IMG/VR virus record: IMGVR_UViG_3300035187_003505
Strand: one strand, 5' to 3'
Length of the DNA stretch: 64,000 nt
DNA from: an uncultured virus (IMG/VR IMGVR_UViG_3300035187_003505)
Lineage: Duplodnaviria > Heunggongvirae > Uroviricota > Caudoviricetes
This document shows, in pieces, positions 18,318 to 28,052 of the stretch. Every line of letters begins with the position of its first letter. Within the stretch, counting starts at the first letter, position 1. Position numbers and translations under genes: made by a program. The notes under the pieces are model-generated. The model did not search any database, was not told where the DNA came from, and worked only from the letters and a program-made list of their open reading frames with translations.

Positions 18318-20102
18318 ATGACAAACCTCACAGATCTACCTGAAACCTACTACACCGATGTAGTAGGCTGTTCTCGATGTAACGGGCATCACCCCTCGCT
18401 GCTCTTCAAAAAGTTCTCTCAACAACCAGCGAGTTTCGCTGCAGGGATAACTCATTGGGCGATGTGCCCGGTTAAAAATGAACCAATTTTACTGGAAATG
18501 ACCGAGGATCCCCCGAGCCCGCAGCCTATCGAACAACAACAACCACAACAGCAGGGCCTGCAACAGGCCAATGCAACCTGTGACGACATTCCTCCCGGCC
18601 CGCTATCTGAGCATGATCTAATCGAGCAGTGGAACGCTCAAGCTGATCAGTACCATCAATGGGAGTCTCTGGAGTCTTTTGAGCAACTGGCATGGGCCCA
18701 GTCCCGAGCCATCGCCCGTGATCGAAACCTTCATGCCTCCAGCCTTATCGAGAAACAAGACAATATTGATGCGCTATTAACCGCTTTCCATCATGCTTAC
18801 TCAGCCTATGGGTGGGTCACCCATCAACAGTTCAGCCTTTTATTCGATGAGGCTGCTAGGCTGGCCAGTGTTGTTGAGGAAGACTGGGACGCTTCTGTAT
18901 ATCCCTTCAACTTCAACACTCAAGCTCAAGCTGCGGCGGTGTTATTGGACCATCACCACAATCTAGTACGCCAGATAGCAACTGAAGGCCAGATCCGAGG
19001 AGCCGTGTTATATCTTATTTCTACGAAGCATCTTGATATTATTGATCCGCCCCCTGCCATTAAGTACGCGATTGAGTACGCTATCGCCCGCTGGGGTGTC
19101 CCCGCCACCACGCCAGTCCCGACCGGGGATGATTCGGCATGGAGGCAGCAGCTTGGGTGGAGCAACTCCAATGGCGAGTGCTGGTGGAGTCCGGGGCCGC
19201 AGGGCCCTTGGCAACTGACCAACCCAGATATGGTCTACCCCGCAGGCTGGCTGCTCCCCTATCGCGCTATCTCACAACCAGCGCCCCGTGCCGCCCTGAA
19301 CACTGAGCCGGATAGGCCAACGTTGGCGGAAGCGGCCCTGTGCGCACTGGAGCGGATTCAACATGGAGACGCAAGCTCCGGCTCTGACGACTTCGATTTA
19401 GTCGCCAATGCACTAGGCCAGTTACGCCGCTACGACGCCATCCCGCCAGCTCCTTACATTGATCCCCAAGGTGAGGATGCGGACAAGCAACTGCTGGAGG
19501 TTTTCTACCACCAGATGGGTCGTGGGCTAGAGGTGCATCCCGCAGCCCTTTTGCGGGGCATCAGGGGAGTGCGAGCGTTTCAGTTTGCACCCGCCACCCC
19601 GCCAGCGCTAAGCGCTACCTCCAAAATCACCGGCCTCGCATGGCCCCAAACACTAGGCGATTGGAACCTTATGGGACCTCCAAATCGCCTTGGCGCCTGG
19701 CGTTGGTACAGGCGAACCGTCTATCAAGATGGCCACCCGGCCAAGCAGGGTGGCTACCCAATTGAACAGGAAGTTAAAATGGATAGCCAATTACAGCCAA
19801 TGTGGGAAAGCCTGGTCGAAGTGGATAACCTGGATGGCCCACCATCGACCTTTCCTGCTCTGAGCCCCTCCCCCGCCACCCCGCCAGCGCCGGCAAAGGC
19901 GGAATCGGGCTTGACACGGCAATCAGCTATTCATGCCTTTATATCTCAATTAACGAAAGAAGCAAGCTCCCGTTACGGACTAACCTCTCAGGACGCCGAA
20001 TTTGATGCTTTTACCTCAGGTGCATCTTGGGCGTGGGCCACTTACGTCACTACAATTGCGGGTGGTTTCGGTCAGGCGCCCCAGGCTGGGGAGGGGGAGT
20101 GA
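18318..20102 (+). CDS. mosaic multi-module hypothetical protein
   Basis: 594 aa; short modules separated by PATPPAP-type linkers. Confidence 0.7.
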   Translation: MTNLTDLPETYYTDVVGCSRCNGHHPSLLFKKFSQQPASFAAGITHWAMCPVKNEPILLEMTEDPPSPQPIEQQQPQQQGLQQANATCDDIPPGPLSEHDLIEQWNAQADQYHQWESLESFEQLAWAQSRAIARDRNLHASSLIEKQDNIDALLTAFHHAYSAYGWVTHQQFSLLFDEAARLASVVEEDWDASVYPFNFNTQAQAAAVLLDHHHNLVRQIATEGQIRGAVLYLISTKHLDIIDPPPAIKYAIEYAIARWGVPATTPVPTGDDSAWRQQLGWSNSNGECWWSPGPQGPWQLTNPDMVYPAGWLLPYRAISQPAPRAALNTEPDRPTLAEAALCALERIQHGDASSGSDDFDLVANALGQLRRYDAIPPAPYIDPQGEDADKQLLEVFYHQMGRGLEVHPAALLRGIRGVRAFQFAPATPPALSATSKITGLAWPQTLGDWNLMGPPNRLGAWRWYRRTVYQDGHPAKQGGYPIEQEVKMDSQLQPMWESLVEVDNLDGPPSTFPALSPSPATPPAPAKAESGLTRQSAIHAFISQLTKEASSRYGLTSQDAEFDAFTSGASWAWATYVTTIAGGFGQAPQAGEGE

Positions 20103-20392
20103 TGTTACTACTCCAGATCCCAACCCTGGCAGACGCCTACCTCGCAATCGCAACTTGGGCCTATCGCCATTACGCCAGGCAGATGCAAGCCAGCGGCAAA
20201 AAGCCGACCGGCATCCCCGGCAACCGCGACCCAGATAGCCCGTGCCCAGCGTTCGAACCTCGCCCCCGCAAGCTGGGGGACTTTACCGATTGCAAGTCGG
20301 ACGGGCACTACCTGTGCTCTGAATGCTGCCACAAAATACCAGTGCCCCAAACACTAGGCAGGTGGAGCCATGAGCCGTCTGTATCAAGATGA
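20102..20392 (+). CDS. Cys-rich hypothetical protein
   Basis: C..DGHYLC.EC motif. Confidence 0.6.
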   Translation: MLLLQIPTLADAYLAIATWAYRHYARQMQASGKKPTGIPGNRDPDSPCPAFEPRPRKLGDFTDCKSDGHYLCSECCHKIPVPQTLGRWSHEPSVSR

Positions 20393-20828
20393 CTGTGGCG
20401 ACGCCGAACCCTGGATGGAGGGCCAGCAAGCCGGGGCCCTGCGATCTGCTATCCGTGGCAATCGCGGCCAACAGTTCCTGCGCGATCTTGTGGCGGGGCT
20501 CGACGCCTTGCCTGAACAGAAGCTCTCCGCCGGAGCACTAGAAAACGAAGAAACAGGTTGCTGCTGTGCCTTTGGCGCGGTTCGCCGCTACAGAGGAACC
20601 GATGCTGTGCCGCTGTACTTCGACCCACGAGAAGAGGATTTGGACCCTTCCCATTTTGCAGAGCCTTTCAATGTCGCGACGGCGCTCGCATGGGAGGTTG
20701 TCGAGGCAAACGAAGGCTGGTCAGCCAGTAATTGCGAGGCCGCCATGCGCCAGCGCTGGTCAAGAGTTCGCGCTTGGGCGGCTAGGCAGTTGCTGCCCCA
20801 GGCTAAAGCCGGGGAGATGCAACCATGA
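20370..20828 (+). CDS. hypothetical phage protein
   Basis: MSR....D...SAIRG.RGQ.FLRDL...LDA.P..L...C.CA.GAV family pattern. Confidence 0.75.
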   Translation: MSRLYQDDCGDAEPWMEGQQAGALRSAIRGNRGQQFLRDLVAGLDALPEQKLSAGALENEETGCCCAFGAVRRYRGTDAVPLYFDPREEDLDPSHFAEPFNVATALAWEVVEANEGWSASNCEAAMRQRWSRVRAWAARQLLPQAKAGEMQP

Positions 20829-21062
20829 TCGGAGCATCGGCATCAGGAGTAATAGCTATCGGAGCCTCTGTGACCGCCTCCAACGCAGCCCGCTTAATGT
20901 CTCAAGAGTCCAACGCCCCACGTACAGGAAAACCATGACGGAATCCCAACTTTCTCTACTGTTAGGCTTAGGCACCCTCTTCATAACAACTGCACTTAAT
21001 CCTACACCTCTTGGAATACTTGCTTGGACTTTAATCGCTTACGCTTGTGGGGAGAATCAATT

Positions 21063-21500
21063 ATGACCTATCCTCATCGTCTACGGGCCCTGCCCGACAA
21101 AGCCGAAAGACTGACTAAAGCCAATGAGTTCATCCGAGTCATAGCCACTACCGGGCGAAAGTTCTTTTCCCACCAAGACCGCGTAAGCGTACTGTGCCTG
21201 GACGGTCAAGGCCGAATCAATTTAATCGACTGTTACACAAAGCGCCTCGTCTATACCCACTACAACGGGGAATGGCGGGGATTCTCTCAAGGCGGGACCA
21301 TGCGAAGTCTCATCATCCGATTAAGAGAATACATCCAAGGAGTAATCCCCACCGGAGCTGAGTTATTCGACAAACTGCCGATCCATTATGGTGATCAAAC
21401 CATCTGCCCGAACTACGGGTGGGGCTACCCCGAGGACGACATGAACACCGTCATCGAGGCGGCCCGCCGGATTTTCACTACTCACACGGAGTCCACCTAA
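21063..21500 (+). CDS. hypothetical phage protein
   Basis: GR.FF...W.GFS.GGT.R.L...WGY family pattern. Confidence 0.7.
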   Translation: MTYPHRLRALPDKAERLTKANEFIRVIATTGRKFFSHQDRVSVLCLDGQGRINLIDCYTKRLVYTHYNGEWRGFSQGGTMRSLIIRLREYIQGVIPTGAELFDKLPIHYGDQTICPNYGWGYPEDDMNTVIEAARRIFTTHTEST

Positions 21501-22195
21501 TGCCTTTCGATCCGAGTAAAGAACGAGTTTATGTTTTATGGGGTGAAAATCTTGATGAGCCTCTTTATTTTGACGACTTAGATAAGTTAGATAACGACGG
21601 ACTTATACTTTTACTAGCCCATCTAGTTTTCAGTATTGATACTATCAAGCATGATTACAGATCTATGGTTACGAGTTTACAAGGAGATAATCTGCTTATT
21701 ACTAATAGACGGAGCATAGAGACTAAGATGTGGAAACTAGATCGCACTAGAGAAGTTTACATTAGATTCCGCACTCAGATTAGAGCCATCTTAGATATTA
21801 GAGAGACCGAGAGGAAAGCTGCTGCGGATAGAGCACGCAAACGTGAGCATGAAAGCCGCAGACGAGCACGTAACCGGCTAACACCAGAGAATGCAGAATC
21901 ATACACAACTATTGCCCACAAAGTAGTATTAGCCTATAACAGTATCCTGCGTGGCCAACTTCGGCAATTGCTACAGGATGATGTTCTCTACAACCGCATG
22001 GAAGCTGCAGCCCATGCTAACGCTATCGAGGAAGTGACAGAGTGGGTAAAGCAGCAACAAGATATACCCGAAGTTGTCAAAGAGCGCTGGCTCAAAAATA
22101 GTGCCAAGTCTGTGAGGAAGCGGACCCGGCGGCACAGCCTGGGGGATGAGAATCATTCTCAGTCTCATGAGTCTCAAGATGAGACAGCCCCATGA
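21500..22195 (+). CDS. hypothetical protein
   Basis: TAATG-coupled start inside ORF 21419..22195. Confidence 0.65.
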   Translation: MPFDPSKERVYVLWGENLDEPLYFDDLDKLDNDGLILLLAHLVFSIDTIKHDYRSMVTSLQGDNLLITNRRSIETKMWKLDRTREVYIRFRTQIRAILDIRETERKAAADRARKREHESRRRARNRLTPENAESYTTIAHKVVLAYNSILRGQLRQLLQDDVLYNRMEAAAHANAIEEVTEWVKQQQDIPEVVKERWLKNSAKSVRKRTRRHSLGDENHSQSHESQDETAP

Positions 22196-22389
22196 CGATG
22201 TATCGCCCCCGAGCCTGTTACACCCTGTCCATGGACAGTGGTGGGGTGGCCTTCCCAGATGACCCAGTGGCCTTCCTAGTCGCCTGCGCTCACTGGTGGG
22301 CCTGGCTTCAGCAGGCCGATCCTGACGAGATCACCCGCTATCCTGAGAACGGCCATCTCCATTACTCAATACCACCCAGATTCCCATGA
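22192..22389 (+). CDS. small hypothetical protein
   Basis: ATGA overlaps. Confidence 0.55.
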   Translation: MTMYRPRACYTLSMDSGGVAFPDDPVAFLVACAHWWAWLQQADPDEITRYPENGHLHYSIPPRFP

Positions 22390-22952
22390 CCATTAAATGC
22401 GTTGTCTGTGACCTCACTCGTGAAAGGTATCACCACCGCCACGAGGCTTCACCCGAACATGCGGCTAAAATCTTCTTGCGCGAAACATGTCAGGATAAGT
22501 CTTCATGCGTGTTCCAAGTCACTAATGACGAACCCGGCAGTGATGAGCTTCTCCAGGCCCAACTCCAACGCTCAGGACTCATCTCAGAACCCCCATCACC
22601 ACAATCACCACAGATCATGGAGTTAATGACTTTCATAGACTACCAAATAACGTCATCAGCGACTGCGGTCTACCCTGAGACAAATTCCATTATCTACTGC
22701 ACACTAGGCTTATGCGGCGAGACCGGGGAAGTAGCGGAGAAAATCAAAAAAGTTCTCCGTGACAATAACGGCGAGTTGGATGCGGACTCCGTAACAGCGA
22801 TCAAACTGGAATTAGGCGATGTTCTCTGGTATATAGCTCAATTAGCTACTAAACTAGGACTAAGTCTTGACGCAATAGCTAAGGCCAATATCCAAAAGAC
22901 TCAAGACCGCCAGAAGCGCGGCCAACTGGGCGGGAGCGGTGACAACCGATGA
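22386..22952 (+). CDS. MazG-like nucleoside triphosphate pyrophosphohydrolase (domain from about 22617; N-terminal extension)
   Basis: LGLCGETGEVAEKIKK.LRD...ELGDVLWY...N..K..DR..RG.L.GSGDNR. Confidence 0.9.
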   Translation: MTIKCVVCDLTRERYHHRHEASPEHAAKIFLRETCQDKSSCVFQVTNDEPGSDELLQAQLQRSGLISEPPSPQSPQIMELMTFIDYQITSSATAVYPETNSIIYCTLGLCGETGEVAEKIKKVLRDNNGELDADSVTAIKLELGDVLWYIAQLATKLGLSLDAIAKANIQKTQDRQKRGQLGGSGDNR

Positions 22953-23011
22953 GGAGTCCCATGAGACTCATACTGAGACAGCCCCTGTGACCCCCGAGCC
23001 CGCGTGATCCC

Positions 23012-23293
23012 ATGCCACCGAATGCGAGAGTCCGTGCTAAACCATTGATAGCTGTCAAGCCTTGCCCATTCTGTGGCGGGAAGGGTAAATTCGTCATCCG
23101 AAAACGTCTAACCATTAAGGATAAGCTTTTTGTCAGCATCAAGCTCAATGACCCTACTGACGTGGTTATGATATATTGCGTTAGATGTTCAGCACAGGTA
23201 TCAGATGAAAACCTACTAGGAACTGATCTTGTTAAACGTACCCGTGACGTGCGCAAGAGATGGGACCGCCGAGCAAACCCTATTGGATCCTAA
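23012..23293 (+). CDS. Lar (restriction alleviation)-like zinc ribbon protein
   Basis: KPCPFCGG...C..C...W.RRA. Confidence 0.65.
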   Translation: MPPNARVRAKPLIAVKPCPFCGGKGKFVIRKRLTIKDKLFVSIKLNDPTDVVMIYCVRCSAQVSDENLLGTDLVKRTRDVRKRWDRRANPIGS

Positions 23294-23295
23294 CC

Positions 23296-23676
23296 ATGCC
23301 CGCCACCGCTTTCCCGTTCTCTAACCCAGCCCCGCTGCCTGCTTTCCTGCCCTACCGGGTGGCACATGAAGTAACGCAGAACTTCCCATTAGTAATGTGC
23401 GATGTAAAACAACCAATAGACAACACATATATGGTGATCGTCCAGTCTGGTCGAGAGCATCCGATATACGAACAAGTAAAGTTCGCCCTTCGTGTAGATA
23501 TGGATAGGGTGGAATCCATATACAACGACGATATTGATATTTTTATTGAGGAGTTGGTAGAAGGGTTGATAGAGAGGATGGTAAGACAGATAAAGCCTGG
23601 TGTTTCAGAAGGTTCACTAAAGGAATTTGCACCGTGGATGTTCGCTAATGACCCTCACGAGCAAACATCGACATGA
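23296..23676 (+). CDS. hypothetical protein
   Basis: ATG after preceding stop inside ORF 23260..23676. Confidence 0.6.
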   Translation: MPATAFPFSNPAPLPAFLPYRVAHEVTQNFPLVMCDVKQPIDNTYMVIVQSGREHPIYEQVKFALRVDMDRVESIYNDDIDIFIEELVEGLIERMVRQIKPGVSEGSLKEFAPWMFANDPHEQTST

Positions 23677-23927
23677 ACTTACTACGAGGGTTATGGTACT
23701 GGTTTACACAAGGTCCCGAAGATTGGCGGCGGTCTTTTACTCACGAAAATAAAAACTGCCCAGTAGGTGAGCCTCCATTGAAACTCAAGAAGTCAATTCG
23801 TTTAACGGAAGGTCCTGTTCAACGTGGTAATGGATCCGGTGGGCCAAAAACACCAAAACCTGAGTTGTTAAATAAAGGCAGCTCCTCCTCTCCCCCTCCG
23901 GCGGAAAAACCCGGCAATCTGCGGTAA
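23673..23927 (+). CDS. hypothetical protein
   Basis: ATGA overlap. Confidence 0.55.
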   Translation: MNLLRGLWYWFTQGPEDWRRSFTHENKNCPVGEPPLKLKKSIRLTEGPVQRGNGSGGPKTPKPELLNKGSSSSPPPAEKPGNLR

Positions 23928-23982
23928 TTTCTGGCACCCTTAGATAGACTCTGCCTATCTCTACGGCTTCGCCATACCCCCA

Positions 23983-24462
23983 GTGGTTGCTCAACGCCCA
24001 GTAAACAATGAAGGACTCACCGCAAAGCAGATCATCTGCGCGGAGGCCATTGCGGAAGGCCATACTCTAGGCGAAGCCGCCAGGATCGCTAAGGTGGACC
24101 CCAAAACGGTCCACAACTGGAGGAACACCGCTGTGTTCATGACCGGCCTGACCCGCCGGATCCAAGAGAGGACCGATATTAGCGGAACACAAGGTGTAGG
24201 GTTAATACCTGAATGCCTAAATGTGCTCAAGACGATTATGAATGATAACACAGCGCTAAAAGCCGATAGAATCAGAGCTGCATCGACCATAATGGCGTCC
24301 GCTAATGTCTACAGAGAACAGCGAGAGACGGAAGCCATAATCAAAAAACTCGAAGAACGCATCGAACGTCTCAATAGCGCCACCACAGGTGTTACAGGCC
24401 AGGCGTTTCTTGACCTTGAATCGGCAGCCGTCGAGAAAACCGAGCCCCCCGAGGCCGAGTGA
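23983..24462 (+). CDS. terminase small subunit (HTH)
   Basis: LTAKQ..CAEAIAEG....AA....V...TV.NW HTH; R.RAA..I; overlaps terL start. Confidence 0.8.
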   Translation: MVAQRPVNNEGLTAKQIICAEAIAEGHTLGEAARIAKVDPKTVHNWRNTAVFMTGLTRRIQERTDISGTQGVGLIPECLNVLKTIMNDNTALKADRIRAASTIMASANVYREQRETEAIIKKLEERIERLNSATTGVTGQAFLDLESAAVEKTEPPEAE

Positions 24463-25955
24463 GAACCGGGGCGTCACTCAAATCTCGTCTGGCTCAACTG
24501 GAGAAGAAGGTAGCTCAGCGCGAAGCTGCAGCAGCTAATCACGCCAGCGCGAAGTTACTAACTTCTTTACCTCCTGTAAAGAACTGGGAGGAGTTCGCGC
24601 CGCTTACTTGGATCAAAACTGGTGACGATGACGGTGCCAAGATTGAACCCTTTGCGCCGTATGAATTTCAGAAAGAATTTGTACGCATACTCCACAATTC
24701 TCGCCGGATTCAAGTCCTCAAATCTAGGCAGATCGGCATATCGGAAGTTATCTGTAATTATCTATTAAACAGGGCATTAACAGAACCCGGCTTTACTGCC
24801 GTAATTGTCTCAAAAACAGGCAAGGACTCCGAGGAGCTAGCTATACGGGTCCGCTTCATGGCGGAATCCCTCCAAGGCGAGTCACTAACATGGCTATCGG
24901 ATAGCACTAAGCGGCTATCCTGGAAAGGGCGAGGCACTCTACATTTCCTAGCTCCTACAGGCCGGGGCGTCCGTGGTATCCCAGCCTGTTCTGTACTCTT
25001 CCTCGACGAAGCCGCCTTTATCGACGGAGTAAAAGATCTATATCAAGGCGCCAGCCCTGCACTAATGAAGCTGGGCAAAGCCGGGAAAGTGATCATAGTC
25101 TCTACTCCAGACATGGAGTCAGACTGGTTCGGCGAAATGTGGACAACGGGCCTTCCCTCCGACTGGTATGACTATGTAGAACGTCGTGATCTAATAGGTC
25201 TTCAGACCCTTCTAGACAAAGCCGGGGAAGCGGACGGATGGGCACGGGTAGCGCTTCATTACTCAATGCACCCACAGTATGGTGCAGACCCTACCTGGCC
25301 GGAAACTTATAGAAAACAAGAGAAGCTAACACTAAACCAATGGGCGGCGGAATTTGAGCTTAAATTCGGTGCTACTGCATCTGCCATATATGACAGCCTG
25401 TTAGTCAAAAAATGTGCTAAAGGTTCCTTCGATGAATGCGGTATGGCAAACCGCATCTACTCCATGGGGGTGGATCCCAACGGAGGAGGTAATGATTACT
25501 TCACCGCTGTAGTGCTCGACGTAACCTCTAAACCACGTCGCGTGGCAGCCATGTATCGGGAAAACTACAAATCCTCCCCGTACAGCTTAGCCAAAGTAAA
25601 AGAGTTGATAGAGAATTTTCTACCTTCTAAAATCATAGTAGAGAAGAACTCCATGGGCATTGTCATAGCGGAGGCGCTTGCACTGCAATCCATGGGGACT
25701 GAAATAGAGCTAGTCTATATGTCTGATCCCATCAAAAACGCAATAACCGACAGAACTCTCTTTATGATGGAGGATGATGACCTAATATTCCCTGATGGGA
25801 TCATTGCTGCTGAGCATCGAGCATTCCGCCGGGATGACCACGGAAAGCGGGGGGCAGGGGGGTCGGCCCACGATGACACGGTGATGGGTGTGGCTCTGGC
25901 AGCCATGGCGGCCCCCGGATCCGTCGATCTCCTGGGCTTCCTCAAGGCGGCCTGA
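24459..25955 (+). CDS. terL: terminase large subunit
   Basis: Walker A KSRQIGIS, Walker B LFLDEAAF, coupling STP, nuclease GVDP..D and HDD. Confidence 0.95.
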   Translation: MRTGASLKSRLAQLEKKVAQREAAAANHASAKLLTSLPPVKNWEEFAPLTWIKTGDDDGAKIEPFAPYEFQKEFVRILHNSRRIQVLKSRQIGISEVICNYLLNRALTEPGFTAVIVSKTGKDSEELAIRVRFMAESLQGESLTWLSDSTKRLSWKGRGTLHFLAPTGRGVRGIPACSVLFLDEAAFIDGVKDLYQGASPALMKLGKAGKVIIVSTPDMESDWFGEMWTTGLPSDWYDYVERRDLIGLQTLLDKAGEADGWARVALHYSMHPQYGADPTWPETYRKQEKLTLNQWAAEFELKFGATASAIYDSLLVKKCAKGSFDECGMANRIYSMGVDPNGGGNDYFTAVVLDVTSKPRRVAAMYRENYKSSPYSLAKVKELIENFLPSKIIVEKNSMGIVIAEALALQSMGTEIELVYMSDPIKNAITDRTLFMMEDDDLIFPDGIIAAEHRAFRRDDHGKRGAGGSAHDDTVMGVALAAMAAPGSVDLLGFLKAA

Positions 25956-25995
25956 GCGCGTGCTACGCAAAAAATGTACATATATTGCTGGATTT

Positions 25996-26139
25996 CTTAA
26001 AAAACCCTGGACTCTATGAAAATACCCCCAACTCTCTTAAAAACCCCTGGACTCTATGAAAAAAGCTCCATCTCTATGAAAAACCACCCCTCATCTCTAT
26101 TAAAAAACCTCCATCTCTATGAAAAGACCCTCATCTCTT
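25996..26139. repeat. tandem array of about seven 20-bp units (CTCTATGAAAAA..CC..AT)
   Basis: Unit starts at 26012, 26032, 26052, 26072, 26095, 26115, 26135. Confidence 0.9.
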
Positions 26140-26186
26140 GTCGCCCCCCGAGGCCGTCGCTACACTGAAAGCAGGCAGGACCGCGC

Positions 26187-28052
26187 TTGAAATCAGTATC
26201 TCCCGAAGCTCCCGATAATTCCGTCGCTATCGGCAATCGTAGCGATGCTGATGGCATGCGTACAGATGGAGCTTTAGTCAATGCCTTTACAGGCATGGGA
26301 ATAGCAGGTAAAGACAGAACCCAATCAACAGGCATACGGACTAGCTATTTACTTTCCCACCCAGAACTTGAAGCTCTTTACTCCGTAGGGCTACCCCGGC
26401 GTTTTGTCGATTCTATTGCCGATGAAGTCCTTAAACATCGTGTCACAATCAAACTAGGAGGCCGGAAAGCTTCCCAAGAGATTGACCAGATCACAGATTT
26501 TGAAGCCTACCTTAAACAGTTAAAATTCCACCGGGTGTATGCCGAAGCTGTCAGGCTCCAGCGCCTTTACGGTGGAGCCGCTATTGTCGCTCTAGTTGAT
26601 GATGGCAACGAAGACCCGGAAACACCTGTAAACTACGACCGCATTCGTGGTATTCGTGGACTGTGTGCGTTGTCGCGCCACGAAATATTCCCCATGGACG
26701 TGTCCGTTATGGACTACTCCAAACCCGAGATGTACAGAATTACTACTAATCAAAAATTAGACGAGAACCAGAAAAGCCCTGTAACAAATATGCGTATCCA
26801 TCACACTAGAGTTAGCCGCTTTGATGGACTATACCTACCCTGGCGACAACGCCAACAACAACAAGGTTGGGGCCAAGCACCATTACAAGTAGTATGGGAT
26901 TCATGGAAACTGTATGAAACGTCCATTAGAGGATTAGCTTCTAGTGTTACAGACTCTTCTTTGTTTTGGCATAAAGTGCCAGGGTTAATGGAGATGGTGA
27001 AAGCCGGTAACGCTAATCAGGTGATGAAACGCATGGAAATAAACAACATGTCTAGATCCTCCTATGGAGGATTCTTAATAGACGCGAATGAAGAGATAGG
27101 CTTTGCTGAAAGATCCCTCAGTAACATGGCGCAAGCCACCGCACCTTTTGCTGAGTACATGCAGGCTACTACTGGTTGGCCTGCGTCAATTCTAATGGGC
27201 ACCAGTCCTGGCGGCCTCGGGAAAGAAGGGCGGTTTGAAGAGCGAGTATGGGCCTCTCTAGTAGAGGACTGGCAGACTGTCTATTGCCAAGACCCTATTT
27301 CCGATATTTTTGAGCTTTTCATGCGGGCCAAGGACAGTCCCATGCGGGGCACCCCACCAGAATCGTGGGAAATTTCGTTCCCCTCGGTGTTCGCGGAAAC
27401 CGATACGGAAAAGCTTGCTGTACAGAAGTCCAGAGCTGAAATAGACAATATTTATGCAGCATTAAGAGTGTTAAGTCCTATAGAAATTAGAAATAATCGC
27501 TACGGCTCAGCGGAATACAGTATTGAGACTGTGCTGGACGAGACCGTATCCGCCCAGTTACAAATGCAAGAGGATAGCATGTTTGAGAACAATATGAATC
27601 AGCTACAAGCACAAGTATTCCAGGCGCAGGGTTTAGGACCAGACGGCCAGCCGATTGCCCCCGAGGGCGGCGAGACCCCTGGCCAGTCTCAACCTGCGTC
27701 TCAAGAGTCTCAACCGGCGAAGCCCGCGCCCAAGACCGACAGCTACGAGGCCCTGGGCCTGACCATCGACGTGCTCAAGCATCAAGACGGCGCCAGCCTG
27801 GGCTATCCGGTGGGGACCACTACCCGGAACGACGCAGCAGGCCCGGATCTTGGCGGCCTGGTGTTGCTCGGGCCCAGCCGATCCCGGCGCTATGCCCTGC
27901 TCAACTCCACCATTAAGCTCGATGGAGTGATCCTCCCTGGCCCGCAGGTTACTGGCTATGCCTCGCTCCGGGCTGCTAGGAAAGGCTTAGCGGCTTTTCT
28001 ACCCCAGCAGACGACCTTCACGCTCAAGCCCGCCCCCGAGGACGTTAAATGA
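26187..28052 (+). CDS. portal protein (DUF1073 type) with C-terminal extension
   Basis: N..TG.G..KD, RLYGGA, IHHTRVSRFDG, WG, L.G.SPGGL motifs; follows terL; start codon uncertain. Confidence 0.92.
   Translation: MKSVSPEAPDNSVAIGNRSDADGMRTDGALVNAFTGMGIAGKDRTQSTGIRTSYLLSHPELEALYSVGLPRRFVDSIADEVLKHRVTIKLGGRKASQEIDQITDFEAYLKQLKFHRVYAEAVRLQRLYGGAAIVALVDDGNEDPETPVNYDRIRGIRGLCALSRHEIFPMDVSVMDYSKPEMYRITTNQKLDENQKSPVTNMRIHHTRVSRFDGLYLPWRQRQQQQGWGQAPLQVVWDSWKLYETSIRGLASSVTDSSLFWHKVPGLMEMVKAGNANQVMKRMEINNMSRSSYGGFLIDANEEIGFAERSLSNMAQATAPFAEYMQATTGWPASILMGTSPGGLGKEGRFEERVWASLVEDWQTVYCQDPISDIFELFMRAKDSPMRGTPPESWEISFPSVFAETDTEKLAVQKSRAEIDNIYAALRVLSPIEIRNNRYGSAEYSIETVLDETVSAQLQMQEDSMFENNMNQLQAQVFQAQGLGPDGQPIAPEGGETPGQSQPASQESQPAKPAPKTDSYEALGLTIDVLKHQDGASLGYPVGTTTRNDAAGPDLGGLVLLGPSRSRRYALLNSTIKLDGVILPGPQVTGYASLRAARKGLAAFLPQQTTFTLKPAPEDVK

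Noticed and set aside
25996..26139. Possible mini-CRISPR array
   Set aside because: Units are 20 bp and contiguous, with no unique spacers of CRISPR length; no cas genes in the window
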